Notes: generated by a model from the letters alone, not told the origin. 63,472 nt of DNA, filler included, from Phoronis australis (GCA_002633005.1; 9 parts of 9 records of this genome joined end to end with filler, not necessarily neighbours in it), one strand, 5' to 3'. Positions 12,801-27,048 are shown, counted from the first letter of the whole stretch. Translations and numbers: made by a program.

Positions 12801-13442
12801 GTTTGTACAATATATTTTTTCGTACAAATTACAATCTTTAAAACGAATTCATTCAACAGTAAAACGTTCAAGCCTGAAGCGTATTCATTTTAACCAAAAA
12901 ATAATGAAAATTTTTGCATTTGATATTTTCTTGGAAAAAAAGAATTTACATGGAAGAAAATGTTAACAACTTACTTTTCAATGAAACACACCCATACACA
13001 AACAGGCATTTATATATATATATATATATATATACAGTGTATATACATATATATGCAGCATTTGTTAAACGCACGACACTTTTCATTGTTCACAGACTTT
13101 ATTCCGTTACGTTCGTACCTTCTGAACAAAACTCTACTCTTAACTGAACATAGAAAAGGTAACTGACCTAGCAACATAATTAAAAGACATACGATATTTC
13201 GAAACATTCTCAAGTGAAGATAATATCTCGCAGTAATGACAACACAGAGCATAAGCTCATGACACAAACAGTGGGACACAACGGTTGTGAAATACTGCTA
13301 GGAATGACTAATGAAAGGGGGTTAAACAGAAAAGTCACGCAAACAAGTGAACAGTGCAGCAAGACCATGTCTGCTGCTCATTCAAAGCAGTACATCCGAA
13401 AACTTGCTCCCGAAGTACAGCCATATATATATATGCATGCAT

Positions 13443-13473
<31 letters not shown>

Positions 13474-13722
13474 CACACATTATATATGTGCACACAGACG
13501 CAGAGGGTATGTCTATGTAGGTATGTATAAACATCCAGACATAATGCATGTACATGTATGCACATACGTACGTGTTGACGGTTAATGACCTTTGTCATTG
13601 CCTTTTGGTCAAATCAGTAACGCCAGTACTGCAAAATGATGACCTTTTGCACACATCTGCAAAGTCCATGTGTAAATGTACCCTAGAAATATTGTTTTTC
13701 CGATTTGATATGAATTTTCTAG

Positions 13723-16700
13723 GCAGGGTCAAAAACAGATGTGCAAGAAATCAATGTTAAACGACAAGAGTTGCTCAGGCTGGCCAGAAAAAGTAATGGT
13801 CTGAAGTTTTACGACGCAGGTAAGCGCGTTTCTTATAAGTTTATAAAGTATATTAATCAAAAATAAATGGACTCGTGACATGTATTACGTTTCCCAACGA
13901 ATTTATCCAAGCTAACGCCCCGTTCGCAAATGACTGCAGGACTACTTATCTTCAAAGTGCCAATGTGTTTCTGAGACTACGAATTAGGGAATCTCTGCAA
14001 TGAACATCTTCAAAATTGAAATGCGCATGGTAGACTGTCGACACGCCTGCGCACAGACTTAAAAATTCTGCAGCCAAAAGACATGATCTAAAATTATACG
14101 AAACAAATATTTGGCGTTTTGCTTCCTTCCAGCGAGTATGATATCGTGCAACTTTAACAACGGTTGTCTTTGCGGGTGGACACAAGCTACCGATGACGAC
14201 TTCGACTGGACACCACACTCCGTAAGGCGATCTTAACAACTAGGCTGTTTCCTCCTGTGATAAATAATCAAATATATCAAAAAATTAACTTTTTTGACTT
14301 ACTTCGCCAAAGGTGTACGTACAGGTACAAAGTGTAATATACACAAATATTTATGATTGTGTGTGTATGACTACCTGTGTAATCGTGTATGTGTACGTGC
14401 AAATGACAGCCGCCAGTGCACCCAGTCGGCAATTTCAAATGCTCTCTCGGAATAGCTTCCATCGATTGTGTCATTTGCAGCAGGATTTTGGTTAGAAGTA
14501 CTAGTACGTCTTAAATAGTAAGCGATTTCGAATAATTTACTGCATACAGTAAGTAGTTTAATACTTAAATCGACTAATGTGCGCTGTGAGCACCTTCTTC
14601 TGTGTCTAGGGTCCAACTCCAACCAGATTCACAGGTCCTGACAGCGGGGATCAGAACACAGGTTACATCTACACGGAAGCGGACAGTGTTCCCAATTTCG
14701 CCAAAGCGAAGATCTTAACAAACTACTTTCCAGGTACAGTGACGTAGTAGCTTTAATTCTGAAATTTCCCCCCAGCCATGGAAACTATTTTTTCATCATT
14801 GATGTGTAAATAATTAAATGCGGAATGAAGTCAAGTCTAGATAGGTTTAAAAGCGGACTTATAATACTATTATTGTCTGTTGCACTTGATGATTTGTTTG
14901 CATTGAACATTCAAATTTTCTCAAAAATCATTATTGGAACGTTTTTTAATACCTAAAGATTCACTGAATTATTGCTCGGGCTTTTGTCGTCATCTATTGG
15001 ACTTTTTCGAGTAGTTTGAAAGAAAACGGGGCAACGCAGCGCAAGTCTCAAATGCCTAATTTTAGCACCTATAATCATGTTTCTGTGAAACAATTTAGAG
15101 CCTTCAATGGGCAATGTTCAAAAGAAAAACGATATCAGTGCAAATAAAATTTGACATTTAACTTATTCTTTTCAGGAGCAATACTATACACTTATGCAAT
15201 GTGTCTATAGGCTTAAAACGAAAATTCCATGTCTTGCAAAGAACTGTTTACACGACATACAGTGTAATAATAAGTAATGTTATCTCACGCTCCCGTTTTT
15301 ACCAGTACCTCACAATTTGGAAACATGGCAGACTGACTTGCAGTAGAGTAATTTTCAATTAGTATAAGTGATTTTGCACTTTGCTGAAGTGAAATATTTT
15401 TTAACAGCTAATTTAATCGACTTCAATAACACATTTCTGGCTTTCCCGCATCACAAACCATAAGCTGGTTCATGATCTTTTCCCTACATTTTTTCAAAAG
15501 ATGATCGATTATCTAATCTAGCCGGAGGTGATTGCTGTAGTTAACAAGATGTACTCTTGCAAAACACCGTACGATAAATGTGGCCCTAAAAAGTTACTAG
15601 AAAATTCCGAGTTCACCTAAGGTTGGTTTTACTGTACATCGACAGTAACCTTATGAAGGTTACCCCTAGATGTGGACTAAATCACCACGTGATTTTTCTG
15701 TTGCAAAACTTGTATTTTATTTATGGTGATCACGCAAAAATGGCTTGTTTAACACTTGTTTAACTAAAAGGTTTCAGTTTTGGAAGACTGTTGAAACATC
15801 TCAAAATATAGAAATTAATAAGTTTCTTTTTCTTTGAATGTATCTGGCCTTAGAATCAGAAAAAAACGATTACTATTTAACATCGTCGTGTTAGTTTTTA
15901 AGTAATGGGTTTTCAAGTATTGGTATTTTCGGGCGAATTTTCAACGGGCTGATTTTGGCTACATGTATTTTCGACGAGAAAACGAGCAAATTATATGGCA
16001 TGTTTGTATATTAAACCAGTATTGGGTTCTATTAATATATGCAAACAGTCGAAATTTTGATCTTTTGCCCGCCGAGTGGTAACACATGTACATGTATATG
16101 AACTGGCTCCTTAAACTGTTTAGCTATTCAACTCCAGTAATTACTCAGCAGATTCAAGGCACTGCAAGCATCACGATTTGAATACCTTAAGTGGACATGA
16201 GGTATTTTTAATTCAGAGGTGTTTGGGGCCAGTAGACGCCCAAGAAGGGAGACTAGTTTGGATTGTCTTTTCCCTTCTGTTAACTTCTGCATGCGTCTAT
16301 TTAGTGTGAAAACATTCACTTCGAATTGGCAGTGATGGGGCACTAGCGGGGAGATGTGGGTCAAGTTTGTGAGTGGTTATATGATGATTGTGGAGGTCTC
16401 AGATTGCGACTTTGGTCCCTCAACAAAGTAAAAAAGGTCCTGCTCAGCCAGTATTCTGTCCTTATCTGAAGATCCCCATCGGGATTTATTTAAACACGTA
16501 CGATAACAGCGAAGTGTTTTTCTATTTTACTTCGTTTACAGTAAAACAAATGCTTGTGATGTTATGAAGTACTAAGCAAAACAGAATGTGTGAACATCAA
16601 CACGAAATTGTGGGTCTTCAGGCCTCGCCAATTCACCAACAGGAAAATGTGTTTTTTTAATACGGATACCCAATAGAACATACTGGGTATTACCTAGAAC

Positions 16701-18820
16701 ATCATAAAATAGATCGGATCTTAAGTTTATCCCTCAACCGTTGGTGTGTCTCCATACCGCAGCCAGGTTCAGAGATGACAGGGATGTCAGGAAATCATTT
16801 GATTTAAAACGTTCTTCTGGTCATTCTTCGCTAAGCGCATCTCTTTAGGCACGACTCCAGGGAACGCTTGCAACCAGACGTTTGTCGAGGTTCAAACTTT
16901 CGTCGAAAACTTTTTCATTTCATGAGCAAATCTCGAGCTCCATTTGCCTTTATGTAGTGTTCGACTGTTCCCAATATCATTAGTAACAAACCTGAGCCAA
17001 CTAGCTGTTCAAAACAAACCGGTGGAAGTTATGGTCCTCCAAATCCAATCAGGACAGACTCCCACTGCCTTGCAACTCAACACTGTTCTCCTCACCAGAT
17101 CACACGTTTGTCTGCCGATGCCCAAGGGAGCATTTAGTTCAACAACGGAAGCGAAAAATGTTGCACCTATGTGCACTGCGCAATATATCAAGCATCCCTA
17201 CCCTGACAGAGGTGAATTCATATTCAAAAACTAACTCAATCTCATTAATGGAAGATTGCAAATGTTCTGTTGTACTTCTAGAGCAGGTAAGCGCATTGTC
17301 AAAAGGACTCTTTCATGTGACCATATTCGTGGAAAATACCTTTTAAAACTGCACACTGCAGCAGCCATATTTCCAAGAACAGGATGTTCTATTAAAGTAG
17401 CGCCACCATTATCACTTGCTTAAGTTACCCTCTGTACTTAGGTTCTTATACATCCAACCAGTTGGACAGCAAATAGACCGTAAACAATTAACGTTTGCAA
17501 GCTAATTGATGTTTCTACTATTAAAAACTTCCAGTTATTTATATTACTGAGCATCTACAACAAGTACTTGACAGATGACAGTCAAACAATGCGCATTCTC
17601 TGTTGAAATCGTGTGTATGAAATCCCCCTTACTTTCCATATTTTTATGTTTTCCTCTTCATCGTTCAAGAGTCAATGTGTTACAGCTTGCTAAATGCTTA
17701 CCAATAACTTGATTTGAGTTTGGGTACTTAAAGTCGAACGTTGGTAACTTTATTTCCTAGAAAAAAAATTGTACTGGGGGGTGAATATTTCACTTACATT
17801 CACAGTATCGAATATCCGTCCCTAATCTACATGGGTTAGTGTTGTTAACAATGTGGTCATTTTAAGCTGGGATTTTTACATGTATCTACTACAAGTTAAA
17901 TGGGTTTAAAAGTTGGACACAGAGGTAAACGAGAGCATTATGGGGTTTATTTCGTTTGAGTTAGATATGAATTCACTTGTAGAATGTGCCACCTCACGTA
18001 GAATAATGTTTGATTTCATAAGTTCTCTCAGAAGTTGATACTTAACATTCAAAAAGTTGGCGAGAAGTATACCACACCAAGAATGGCAAGGAATATAAAT
18101 GCATGCTGTGTAATTACTTGGGAAACGTGGGTCTTTTGAACGCATTACAACTACCCACATGGTGAATATAAATTTAATTGCAACCACTTAGCGGGCAAAA
18201 TGTCTAGGCAATGGCCTCTGGCACGCCATTAATTCGCTCAATTATTCGTCACTTCATATTTCTCCACCCTGAAATCATCGGGAGAGAAGCAACATTACCT
18301 CGCGTGATGCCACGGGGTCAAATGCTTCAAGTGGAAGTTTCGAATCGGTTAAATTTTGAACACGTTCGAGGATCACTGGCATGAGGGTAATGACTACAAC
18401 AAGTTTTTCTGCTAAGAGTCAGTGACGGTTTGTTGTTTAAGCGGCGTCCAGAAATGGTTACATGCACCGTGGATTGACATCTGCTCTGGTTGACGGCGTT
18501 TTTGTTCATACAGTTTACACAAGCATATATGTACTTCACATGCTCTATTTTTAACTTTAGATTGATGCATGTTATAAGCTTCTGGGTGAAATATTCTTAT
18601 TCTTTCGAACCCATCAACAATTTCTCATATCTCGTTAATTTCAGCTGGCAACTATTGCTTCTCCTTCAAATGGCACATGAAAAGTCATGAAATTGGAAAT
18701 CTGACATTGAGTATGGTGGACGAATACGGTAAAGAGACCATCCTGTTTCAAAGGTATGGTCATCAAGGCAAACAATGGCATACTTCCGAAGTCGACGTTG
18801 CTGCGAAGGACAATACAATG
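13723..18820 (+). CDS. MAM-domain extracellular protein (partial, spliced)
   Basis: Phase-compatible GT-AG exons 13723-13819, 14133-14221 (SCNFNNGCLCGWTQATDDDFDWTPHS), 14610-14733 (GPTPTRFTGPDSGDQNTGYIYTEAD..AKILTNYFP) and 18645-18820 (GNYCFSFKWHMKSHEIGNLTL..LFQRYGHQGKQWHTSEVDV) reproduce the MAM consensus in order. The start and the final MAM exon were not found. Confidence 0.88.
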
Positions 18821-19614
18821 GTAGGTATTTTGTTGAGCAGGCAAGATCTTCGACGTGGAGGATGTTGTTCAGAGCAGCCCATAGTCGATGGCGTACGGTT
18901 CGAAAATTGGTTACCTGTCATCTTCTTTTAGCACCGGCTAAGAGGGTTTCCTAAGGCGCATTTGTCGAGAAGGACTCCGTGGTGGGATGTTGACATTGTG
19001 TCACATTTTGTTTCGTTGTAAAACGAGCACCATGGCTCTATTGTGGCCTTTGTATTTTGCGACTTGGTAATTATCGCAAGTCGTGACGACGTCGCCATGC
19101 ACAAAATTGAGCATTTCAAAAACTACAAGGTATCCAAAATTTTTGATTCCGGATTAGGTGGGTAGACCTTTTTATGTATACAACATTGTCAGACGATAGT
19201 CTGTGTGGGTTTGTTTAAAAGGTAGCTATGCTTTGAAGTCGTGCGTAGATGGAGAGTGAATAATCAAATCCAGTAATTAATTTATTATATGATAACCCCT
19301 AATTAGACAAATGAAACCTATTGTTAATTAAGTAATCAACTACAAAGAGAAACTACGCTAGCGCCCTCTTTAAAGATTACTTTAATCAAACAACCAAACG
19401 ATCAAATGTCTTATCTGCTATCCAAGCTAGGACTCTCCACTTGTTGGATGTCTGTCCTGTTGGTGAATCTTCGAACTACACACACTGTATAGCGACAGTG
19501 TACTTGCTGGTCACNNNNNNNNNNNNNNNNNNNNNNNNNNNNNNNNNNNNNNNNNNNNTTAATTAATTAANNNNNNNNNNNNNNNNNNNNNNNNNNNNNN
19601 NNNNNNNNNNNNNN

Positions 19615-22600
19615 CAGGCACATTTCTCATGGAGAGCTCCATTCGCCACGATGAAAAGAATCCGTCCAAAGCGAATTTTTCAGCAGAGTACATCGCCATC
19701 GTCGGATGTGCAATTTTGCCTGAAAATAATCTTACAAAGTTTTAAAATGCCGACATAGTAATTTTACATTAGTTTTGCTTGAAACATGGTTTATGCTACA
19801 TATCGATGAGGGAGACATTAACGTGACCAATCCTGTGATTCTCAATGTAGTACATGTACGTTTTTCTTCTTAGCGACTGAAACACCGGAAATCTGATGAT
19901 GATATGGACAAAAAGATCACTGCTTATAAACATCGTCTCTTGCTCATATTTCCTCTTGAAGTTTCTGAAACAATACATTATGTAATCCCTGTGTCCTTGG
20001 TACCAATTTTATGATCTATTACCATAAAAATATAATGCCTGCACACACCGTTAAAACACTTAAATTCTGCTGTTTACCTGCGAGCGAGCCGACGACGAGT
20101 ATTCTTCCTTTTGATTTCCCAAGCTCGGGAAGCGCATGCGTGGCAAGGTAGACGTAAGAGAAGAAATTCACGTTGAAACTGGAGTGAAGCCTTTCGTACT
20201 GGAATGTACTTCCCAGCCACATGCTTGACGAGCTAGTGAGGCCTACATGGTTCAAAACAAGGTAGTCGAGACCGCCGAGTTTGTTCACCGCGGCCTACGA
20301 AATGGGGAGAAAAACGCATAAAATCAAGTTGGTTCAAAGCCAAGCAACTTGTTGGCTTTAAATGTAGTTCTACCGACGTTTATGTGAGGACTGCTTTTTG
20401 AGTTCCTTGGGTGAAAAAAAAAATGATCGGCCGATCAATGTTTGGATGTTTGAATGTTTCAACGACTTGATAACTGGAAAAATAATTCCCTGGAGTCTCC
20501 ACCAAACTTTGATAACACAAAGTGGGATATATGTAGTTGAACCCTGTTGCTATCTCGGGAAATCGAGAGCGATTTAGGGAACTGAATGAGGGACTGCTCG
20601 AAGAAAAAGTTTGATAGCGGAAGTATTTGTTCGAGTTGGAAGGAATTAAACACATTGATGGCTTCGTAAGGTGTCCCTCTATGCGCAAAACTCCGAGGTA
20701 TTTATCAGTGCTAGGCATAAATTCGCCGAAAACAGGCTTCCCGCAGATGAAACACCTATAGGAGCTTCATTCACCGTCCTATTGGCGGTGCCAGTAACCG
20801 GGACAGTGCTCACTCTTTGGTGTCGCCCATGATATAAGTAAGACTTATTAGTCTTCTTACACGCCGTATGTTGGTACCGTCACTTGACGTATATTTAAGT
20901 CTTATCTTTTCAGACTAACGGCTACATGATGTGACTAACATGGCGTGTAAGAAGACTAATGATTCTTACCCAAACAATGTTATATTACTTATAATGCCAT
21001 CAATCAGTGATGGTGACATTTATGAATAAAATTGACAACTGACGGTTTCATGTGAACCTGTGTGACAAACCTTTATTTACCTGTATCACGTTTTTCGTCG
21101 ACTTTAGATCACCCAGGTCAGCTACGATGTAGTCGTAGATCCTGCCCGGAGGTGCCAACGTTTTACACTTGGCAATAACCTTAGAAATTCAAAGAGCTCG
21201 TGAATTATTTTCAAAAAATAACATTTGTCCTGTTTTCAAAATGTACTACCCTATAAGCCTATGACACTTGACTCATCGAAACGTTTAAATTTTTTGAAGT
21301 ATCGCAGTGTCTTCTGCACTAATTCATTTTGTATCAGACTTTCGTGTACATTTTTCTTCACCAAGTGGGACATTAGCTCGACAATGGCAACAACAATTTG
21401 ATTATGAAATGATAAAACGTTCAGGTGATGAAATTGGCAACGATTACAGTGTATCACGTCAAGATATTCTAACATATACCTTTTTCAACTTGTCTTCGCT
21501 CCGTGCCGTGACAATGACATTGGCTCCTAAGCGTGCATAGTTATAAGCTAACTGCTCTCCGATTCCCTTCGATGCCCCGGTGACGATGACACGTTTATTG
21601 TTTACTTCACCTGGATGTAAACATAAGAGACTGTCTCAAACATGCTTCCACGTACATGAATATTCAAACTGTGTCTTTATATTTTGCTGGCCCGAGGATG
21701 TCATGCTTTGTCAAGGCGGGCCGCTAAGTAGTGGATACTAAACAACCATTTCAGTAAGATTTCGCAAATAATATCATTTTAGAAAGTAAGGCGTGACACA
21801 AAGTAGCACCTGTGTTAAAGACATCTACAAAAAGTTACCCATTCGGCATTCGAAGTGTTTTTAACCATAGCACAATTCTTTTGTAGAAAAGCCATTTACC
21901 CNAGATCCGCCACTGTATAAGTAAGACTTATTCGTCTTCTTACACGCCGTATGTTGGTACCGTCACTTGACGTATATTTAAGTCTTATCTTTTCAGACTA
22001 ACGGCCACATGATGTCACTAACATGGCGTGTAAGAAGACTAATGATTCTTACCCAAACAATGTTATATTACTTATAATGCCATCAATCAGTGATGGTAAC
22101 ATTTATGAATAAAACTGACAACTGACGGTTTCATGTGAACCTGTGTGACAAACCTTTATTTACCTGTATCACGTTTTTCGTTGAATGTAGATCACCCAAG
22201 TCAGCTACGATGTAGTCGTGGTTCCTGCCCGGAGGTGCCAACATTTTACACTTGGCAATAACCTTAGAAATTCAAAGAGCTCGTGAATTATTTTGAAAAA
22301 ATAACATTTGTCCTGTTTTCAAAATGTACTACCCTATAAGCCTATGACACTTGACTCATCGAAACGTTTAAATTTTTTGAAGTATCGCAGTGTCTTCTGC
22401 ACTAATTCATTTTTTATCAGACTTTCTTGTACATTTTTCTTCACCAACTGGGGCACTAGCTTGACAATGGCAACAATAATTTGATTATGAAATGATAAAA
22501 CGTTCAGGTGAGGAAATTGGCAAAGATTACAATGTATCACGTCAAGATATTCTATACCTTTTTCAACTTGTCTTCGCTTCGTGCCGTGATAATGACATTG

Positions 22601-23509
22601 GCTCCTAAGCGTGCATAGTTATAAGCTAACTGCTCTCCGATTCCCTTCGATGCCCCGGTGACGATGACACGTTTATTGTTTACTTCACCTGGATGTAAAC
22701 GTAAGAGCCTGTCTCAAACATGCTTCCACGTACATGAATATTCAAACTGTGTCTTTATACTTTGCAGGCCCGAGGATGTCATGCTTTGTCAAGGCCGCAG
22801 GGCCGCTAAGTAGTGGACACTAAACAACCATTTCAGTAAGATTTCGCAAATTATATCATTTTAGAAAGTAAGGCGTGACACAAAGTAGCACCTGTGTTAA
22901 AGACATGTACAAAAAGTTACCCATTCGGCATTCGACGGAAGTGTTTTTAACCATAGCACAATTCTTTTGTAGAAAAGCCATTTACTGTCCACAGTTGGTA
23001 AAATCACCAAAGGCGCACTTCATAGGCAATCCAACCTACTGAGCGGCATTTTCATCCCGAGACAGCAGCCAGCAAGGGATGCATTTCGTAGACGCAAGAC
23101 GTTCACCCAAGATCACGCTAAATCATCCGATGGAGTGAAAGGCGATCGAGTGTCTTTTGCAAGTATTCTCGGGGACCATGCGAACGCACTGTGAGCAAAA
23201 CGGCGGTCACTCAGCTATTGATCACCCACCCAAGAGGTTGGAATGTTGAAAAATGGGGGTAGAATTCACTGTTTCGGTTCTGTACGCGAAGATTTCTTGT
23301 CGCGAGTGCCTTGTGAGTGTCTTGCGTCCACGGAGTCAATTGTTACGATAAGACAGCAACGGAGTAGTCTTATGATGTCCAGTCCGGCCCCTTCTTAAAA
23401 ATTCCACTGGTAATAAGACCAAATTTCTCTGTTTACCTAAGTCTGTTTTAACTATTAGCTGATAGCCAACAAACATCGCTAACAAAAGAAGTAGAACCGT
23501 CTTCCACAT
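19615..23509 (-). CDS. HSD11B1L: Membrane-anchored short-chain dehydrogenase/reductase, 11-beta-HSD1-like (3' truncated by gap)
   Basis: Exons 23437-23509 (MWKTVLLLLLAMFVGYQL, hydrophobic N-terminus), 22558-22688 or 21480-21610 (VIVTGASKGIGEQLAY, TGxxxGxG), 22164-22262 or 21081-21179, 20078-20294 (LGGLDYLVLNH..VNFFSYV..GSLAG) and 19615-19719 (YSAEKFALDGFFSS, YxxxK). All splice phases fit. Confidence 0.9.
20833..22985. repeat. Direct duplication (~1.07 kb x2) of SDR exons 2-3 and adjacent introns
   Basis: 20833-21899 and 21916-22985 are near-identical with scattered substitutions. The junction has a single N at 21902. Confidence 0.93.
20838..20969. mobile_element. MITE with ~35-bp imperfect TIRs (second copy ~21921-22052)
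   Basis: GTAAGACTTATTAGTCTTCTTACACGCC...GGCGTGTAAGAAGACTAATGATTCTTAC inverted termini. Confidence 0.7.
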
Positions 23510-24280
23510 GTCAAACCGAGAGCCAAATTAAACACGCCTTCCGAGTAAACGGTGAGTGTTGACCATGACCTTTGTGAACTGGAAAAACTGGAAATGTCAA
23601 CGCACGCCGGTAACCCTTCATGCCCTCTATCGGGCGTTATACATGTACCTTGCGACCCCGCTATCGTACTAGATTAAATAGTAAGTGAATGCTTGCGATT
23701 CCTTTGGCCGAGAAAATTTGCATTGGGCATTTCAGTTGAGTTGGCGCACGACTGAGTGTTGTGATTATCAAATCAAGTGTAATATCTTTGTCGGCTTCAC
23801 TTTCATTATTTTTGTTCACAGTGGCATCATCAAGCGAGAATCGTGAGGTATGCGTATGCTTCCTGATAACTCAGCGATTTATCGGCGGCAAAATTACTCG
23901 GAACCCGTCAATTAGTCATTCTTAACACGCACCGACCTGATACCGTGGAGACCTCATTGGCTGTTGTTACTGTTATAGTACTGATGCAGGTCGTATTGTA
24001 CCTGACGTGCCTTAACTAACCACGTCAGTAAAGTTGACGAGAAATTGTAGGTTTCGCGTGATTTTCATGTAACTGCAGCCTGCGTCAGAGTTTACAAAGA
24101 AAGCATCATCAATTTTCTTACAAGATTGACGTATGAATAAAAATCGGGGTCCACGAATCAGTCGCTGCCTAAACAAAAAAAATCAGAACCCCTGCTCTAA
24201 ATAACCTTGATATGTTGCCAGGGCCATCACAGGGCAGCACATTACGACAAGAGCAACGCAGGGCGTTAACATGTACGGTG

Positions 24281-24410
24281 GGCCGTTGTAGGAAAGTGTC
24301 GTCGAAACATTACGTGCGTAAATTAATTTTTAATTATTTGCGGCGTAAATTAACGGCGTAAAGTAATTATTTGCGTCGTAATTTTACGGCGACACTTTGC
24401 CCATAATGGC
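24281..24410. mobile_element. MITE-like palindromic element
   Basis: GGCCGTTGTAGGAAAGTGTCGTCGAAACATTACG...CGTAATTTTACGGCGACACTTTGCCCATAATGGCC imperfect TIRs. Confidence 0.55.
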
Positions 24411-25894
24411 CATTCTTAGATATGTGCCTGCGCCTAGAAATGCGGTATGGTCACTAATGGTGTTTTAGTATCATAAAAATGGACATCAGAATACCCAGAA
24501 TACGTCAAATCCGCCCGAAATTGGGAAACCACCGTTGTCTCAATTACTGAAAACTATCTGTCAACTTTCATGAAAATCCACGAAGGACCTCCAAAGATAC
24601 AACGGCAGACATAAAGAAAATTACAAATTGCCATCAGAAGGCACAGCCGTAATCGAATCCGTCCCTCTGTAACTCTAGCCCTGGCATGCCAACTTCAGCG
24701 ATGTCGCGTTGGTGAGGTTGAGCAGAGAATGCGTAGCATTTTTTACCGAATCCCTCATATCACTGGAATACATTTTACGATTGTCATGTTACTAAAGAAG
24801 GTGGATTGTGGAAAATAACTGCATTCATGACAAAAGGACAATTATTATCATGTTATTTTACAATTATTATGTAATTTTGAACACCTGTTTCACTGTAGTC
24901 AGCATTCGAGAATGAAAAAACGAGACAACTGAATTGAAAAGCTGGACTTCCGGATAAAAAGCGGGACATCTCTGTCTATGCCAAAACGCAATGTTGAAAT
25001 GTTCCCCGCAACACAAAAAAACGTCTCGACAGTGTATTTGTCGAACAGAAGACATAACACCCAAAAGCGCCCGACAGGGCTTCTTGTTTATCTAAGTCGA
25101 GTGGGAAATTGCGAAAACCCATGAATCGTCCCGTTTTTTTCTTTTTACATGAACGGGAAATAAGGCAATGTGGCACGGGAAATTACAGTCGTATATATGA
25201 TAATATATGAATTTCGCAGCGAATGAAAAAGCGGGACCTTTTGATTGTGTACAGAGTTGGCGGGAAAAATTAAAACAGCGGAATAGTCCGCCTAGATCGG
25301 GACAATACAGTGTATATTGCCAAGTACCATGTACGCTGTCTGCAAAAAAAAGTATTGGAATGGATTCTTTTACAAGGTAAACGTGTCATTTTTAAATATA
25401 TTTTATTTCACGGGTATAGGTAAATAATACAGGTAACATTTAGTAACATTTACTGCTCAGAAATCGAATTATCAAGAAAGTATCTGGGCAACAGGTAAAC
25501 ATTGCACATATGAATTGTTATGAAACAATTGAAAACGGGAATAATTTAAACACAATCACGCGCGCGCGCGCGCACACACACACACACACACACGCACTAA
25601 CTTACGCTAATACGAGTAGTTTTTCGAAAGTTCTGTAACTACACCAGTAGGCCTAGTTATAATTGCAGAACAAACACTCAGAAACCCTATTTCACTTCTT
25701 TCCGTGACAGCAACATGATTTTAACGCTCAAAAATATCTTGTTGGAAAACTTCTAGCATGTAGTTTGAAAGTGGTTCTAAGACTGAAACTGAAANNNNNN
25801 NNNNNNNNNNNNNNNNNNNNNNNNNNNNNNNNNNNNNNTTAATTAATTAANNNNNNNNNNNNNNNNNNNNNNNNNNNNNNNNNNNNNNNNNNNN

Positions 25895-26197
25895 TGAATG
25901 AAACCCGTCACAAACTCTTGCAACTTCGAGGCGCTTTACTGGGAAGAGTCAAGATCACGCAATGTGAAAAACGTCCACAATTTTGTGTTGGTAAAGAATT
26001 CTTTGGTAATTTGACAAATTCCATGGAAGTGAGGAACATGACAATGATGGTCCTAAAAACGTGCGAAGAAAAAGTTAAATTAGGATTGAACTTCACATGT
26101 AGGCATGGCAACAGTACACGAGAGATGCAAGACTGGGTGAAAAAGTTTGTAGACAGAGTTAAAATGGAAGGACATAATTTTTACTGCGATGAAAGTG
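25895..26197 (+). CDS. Tandem exon-repeat protein, repeat exon 1 (5' truncated by gap)
   Basis: Open frame matching the downstream repeats, ending AGTG|gtaagt. Confidence 0.8.
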
Positions 26198-26541
26198 GTA
26201 AGTATAGGCTTTGGACATATTTTCCGGTGTGTCGAGATCAACATTTTTGGAGAAAATTTCCTTTCATTATGACAAATCTTAACAAAAAAAGCCCAATACA
26301 TGTACAGTGCATTCAAACAAGAACAGTCGTTGATTGGCGACGTTCGATATACCGAAACGTAATCCAGGTCCTAATTTATTTAATATCATAAAACGTGTGT
26401 TCCAAGTTACATCGAAACGTAAATGAACGATAACTTTTACGTTACACGATTTACTTTGCGTAACAGGGAAATACTTGATCAGCTTTTAGTGCCCAAAACG
26501 TTCTACATTATGATATAATATCATTTTTTTCATTGGTTCAG

Positions 26542-27048
26542 AACATTCAACAGAATCCTGCCTCGACTTCGATGTGCTAACACAGGACGATAAGTTTAAA
26601 CCAGAACATGTCAACGCGTCTTGTGGTCTGTTACGACAACAATTCAAACAAATGCACGAGAAAATACGAAAAGAAGATCTGCTAAACAACTCCAGGCTAG
26701 GTGACATCGGGCGTCAACTGAACTCCTCATGCGACCTCCGTATGGTGAATGAAACCCGTCACAAACTCTTGCAACTTCGAGGCGCTTTGCTGGGTAGAGT
26801 CAAAATCATGCAATGTGAGAAACGTCCACAATTTTGCGTTGGTAAAGAATTCTTTGGTAATTTGACAAATTCCATGGAAGTGAGGAACATGACAATGATG
26901 GTCCTAAAAACGTGCGAAGAAAAAGTTAAATTAGGATTGAACTTCACATGTAGGCATGGCAACAGTACACGACAGATGCAAGACTGGGTGAAGAAGTTTG
27001 TAGACAGAGTTAAAATGGAAGGACATAATCTTTACTGCGATGGAAGTG
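26542..27048 (+). CDS. Tandem exon-repeat protein, repeat exon 2 (169 aa, 8 Cys, 8 NxS/T sequons)
   Basis: ttggttcag| acceptor and G|gtaagt donor; 507 nt; symmetric phase 1-1; stop-free. Confidence 0.85.
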
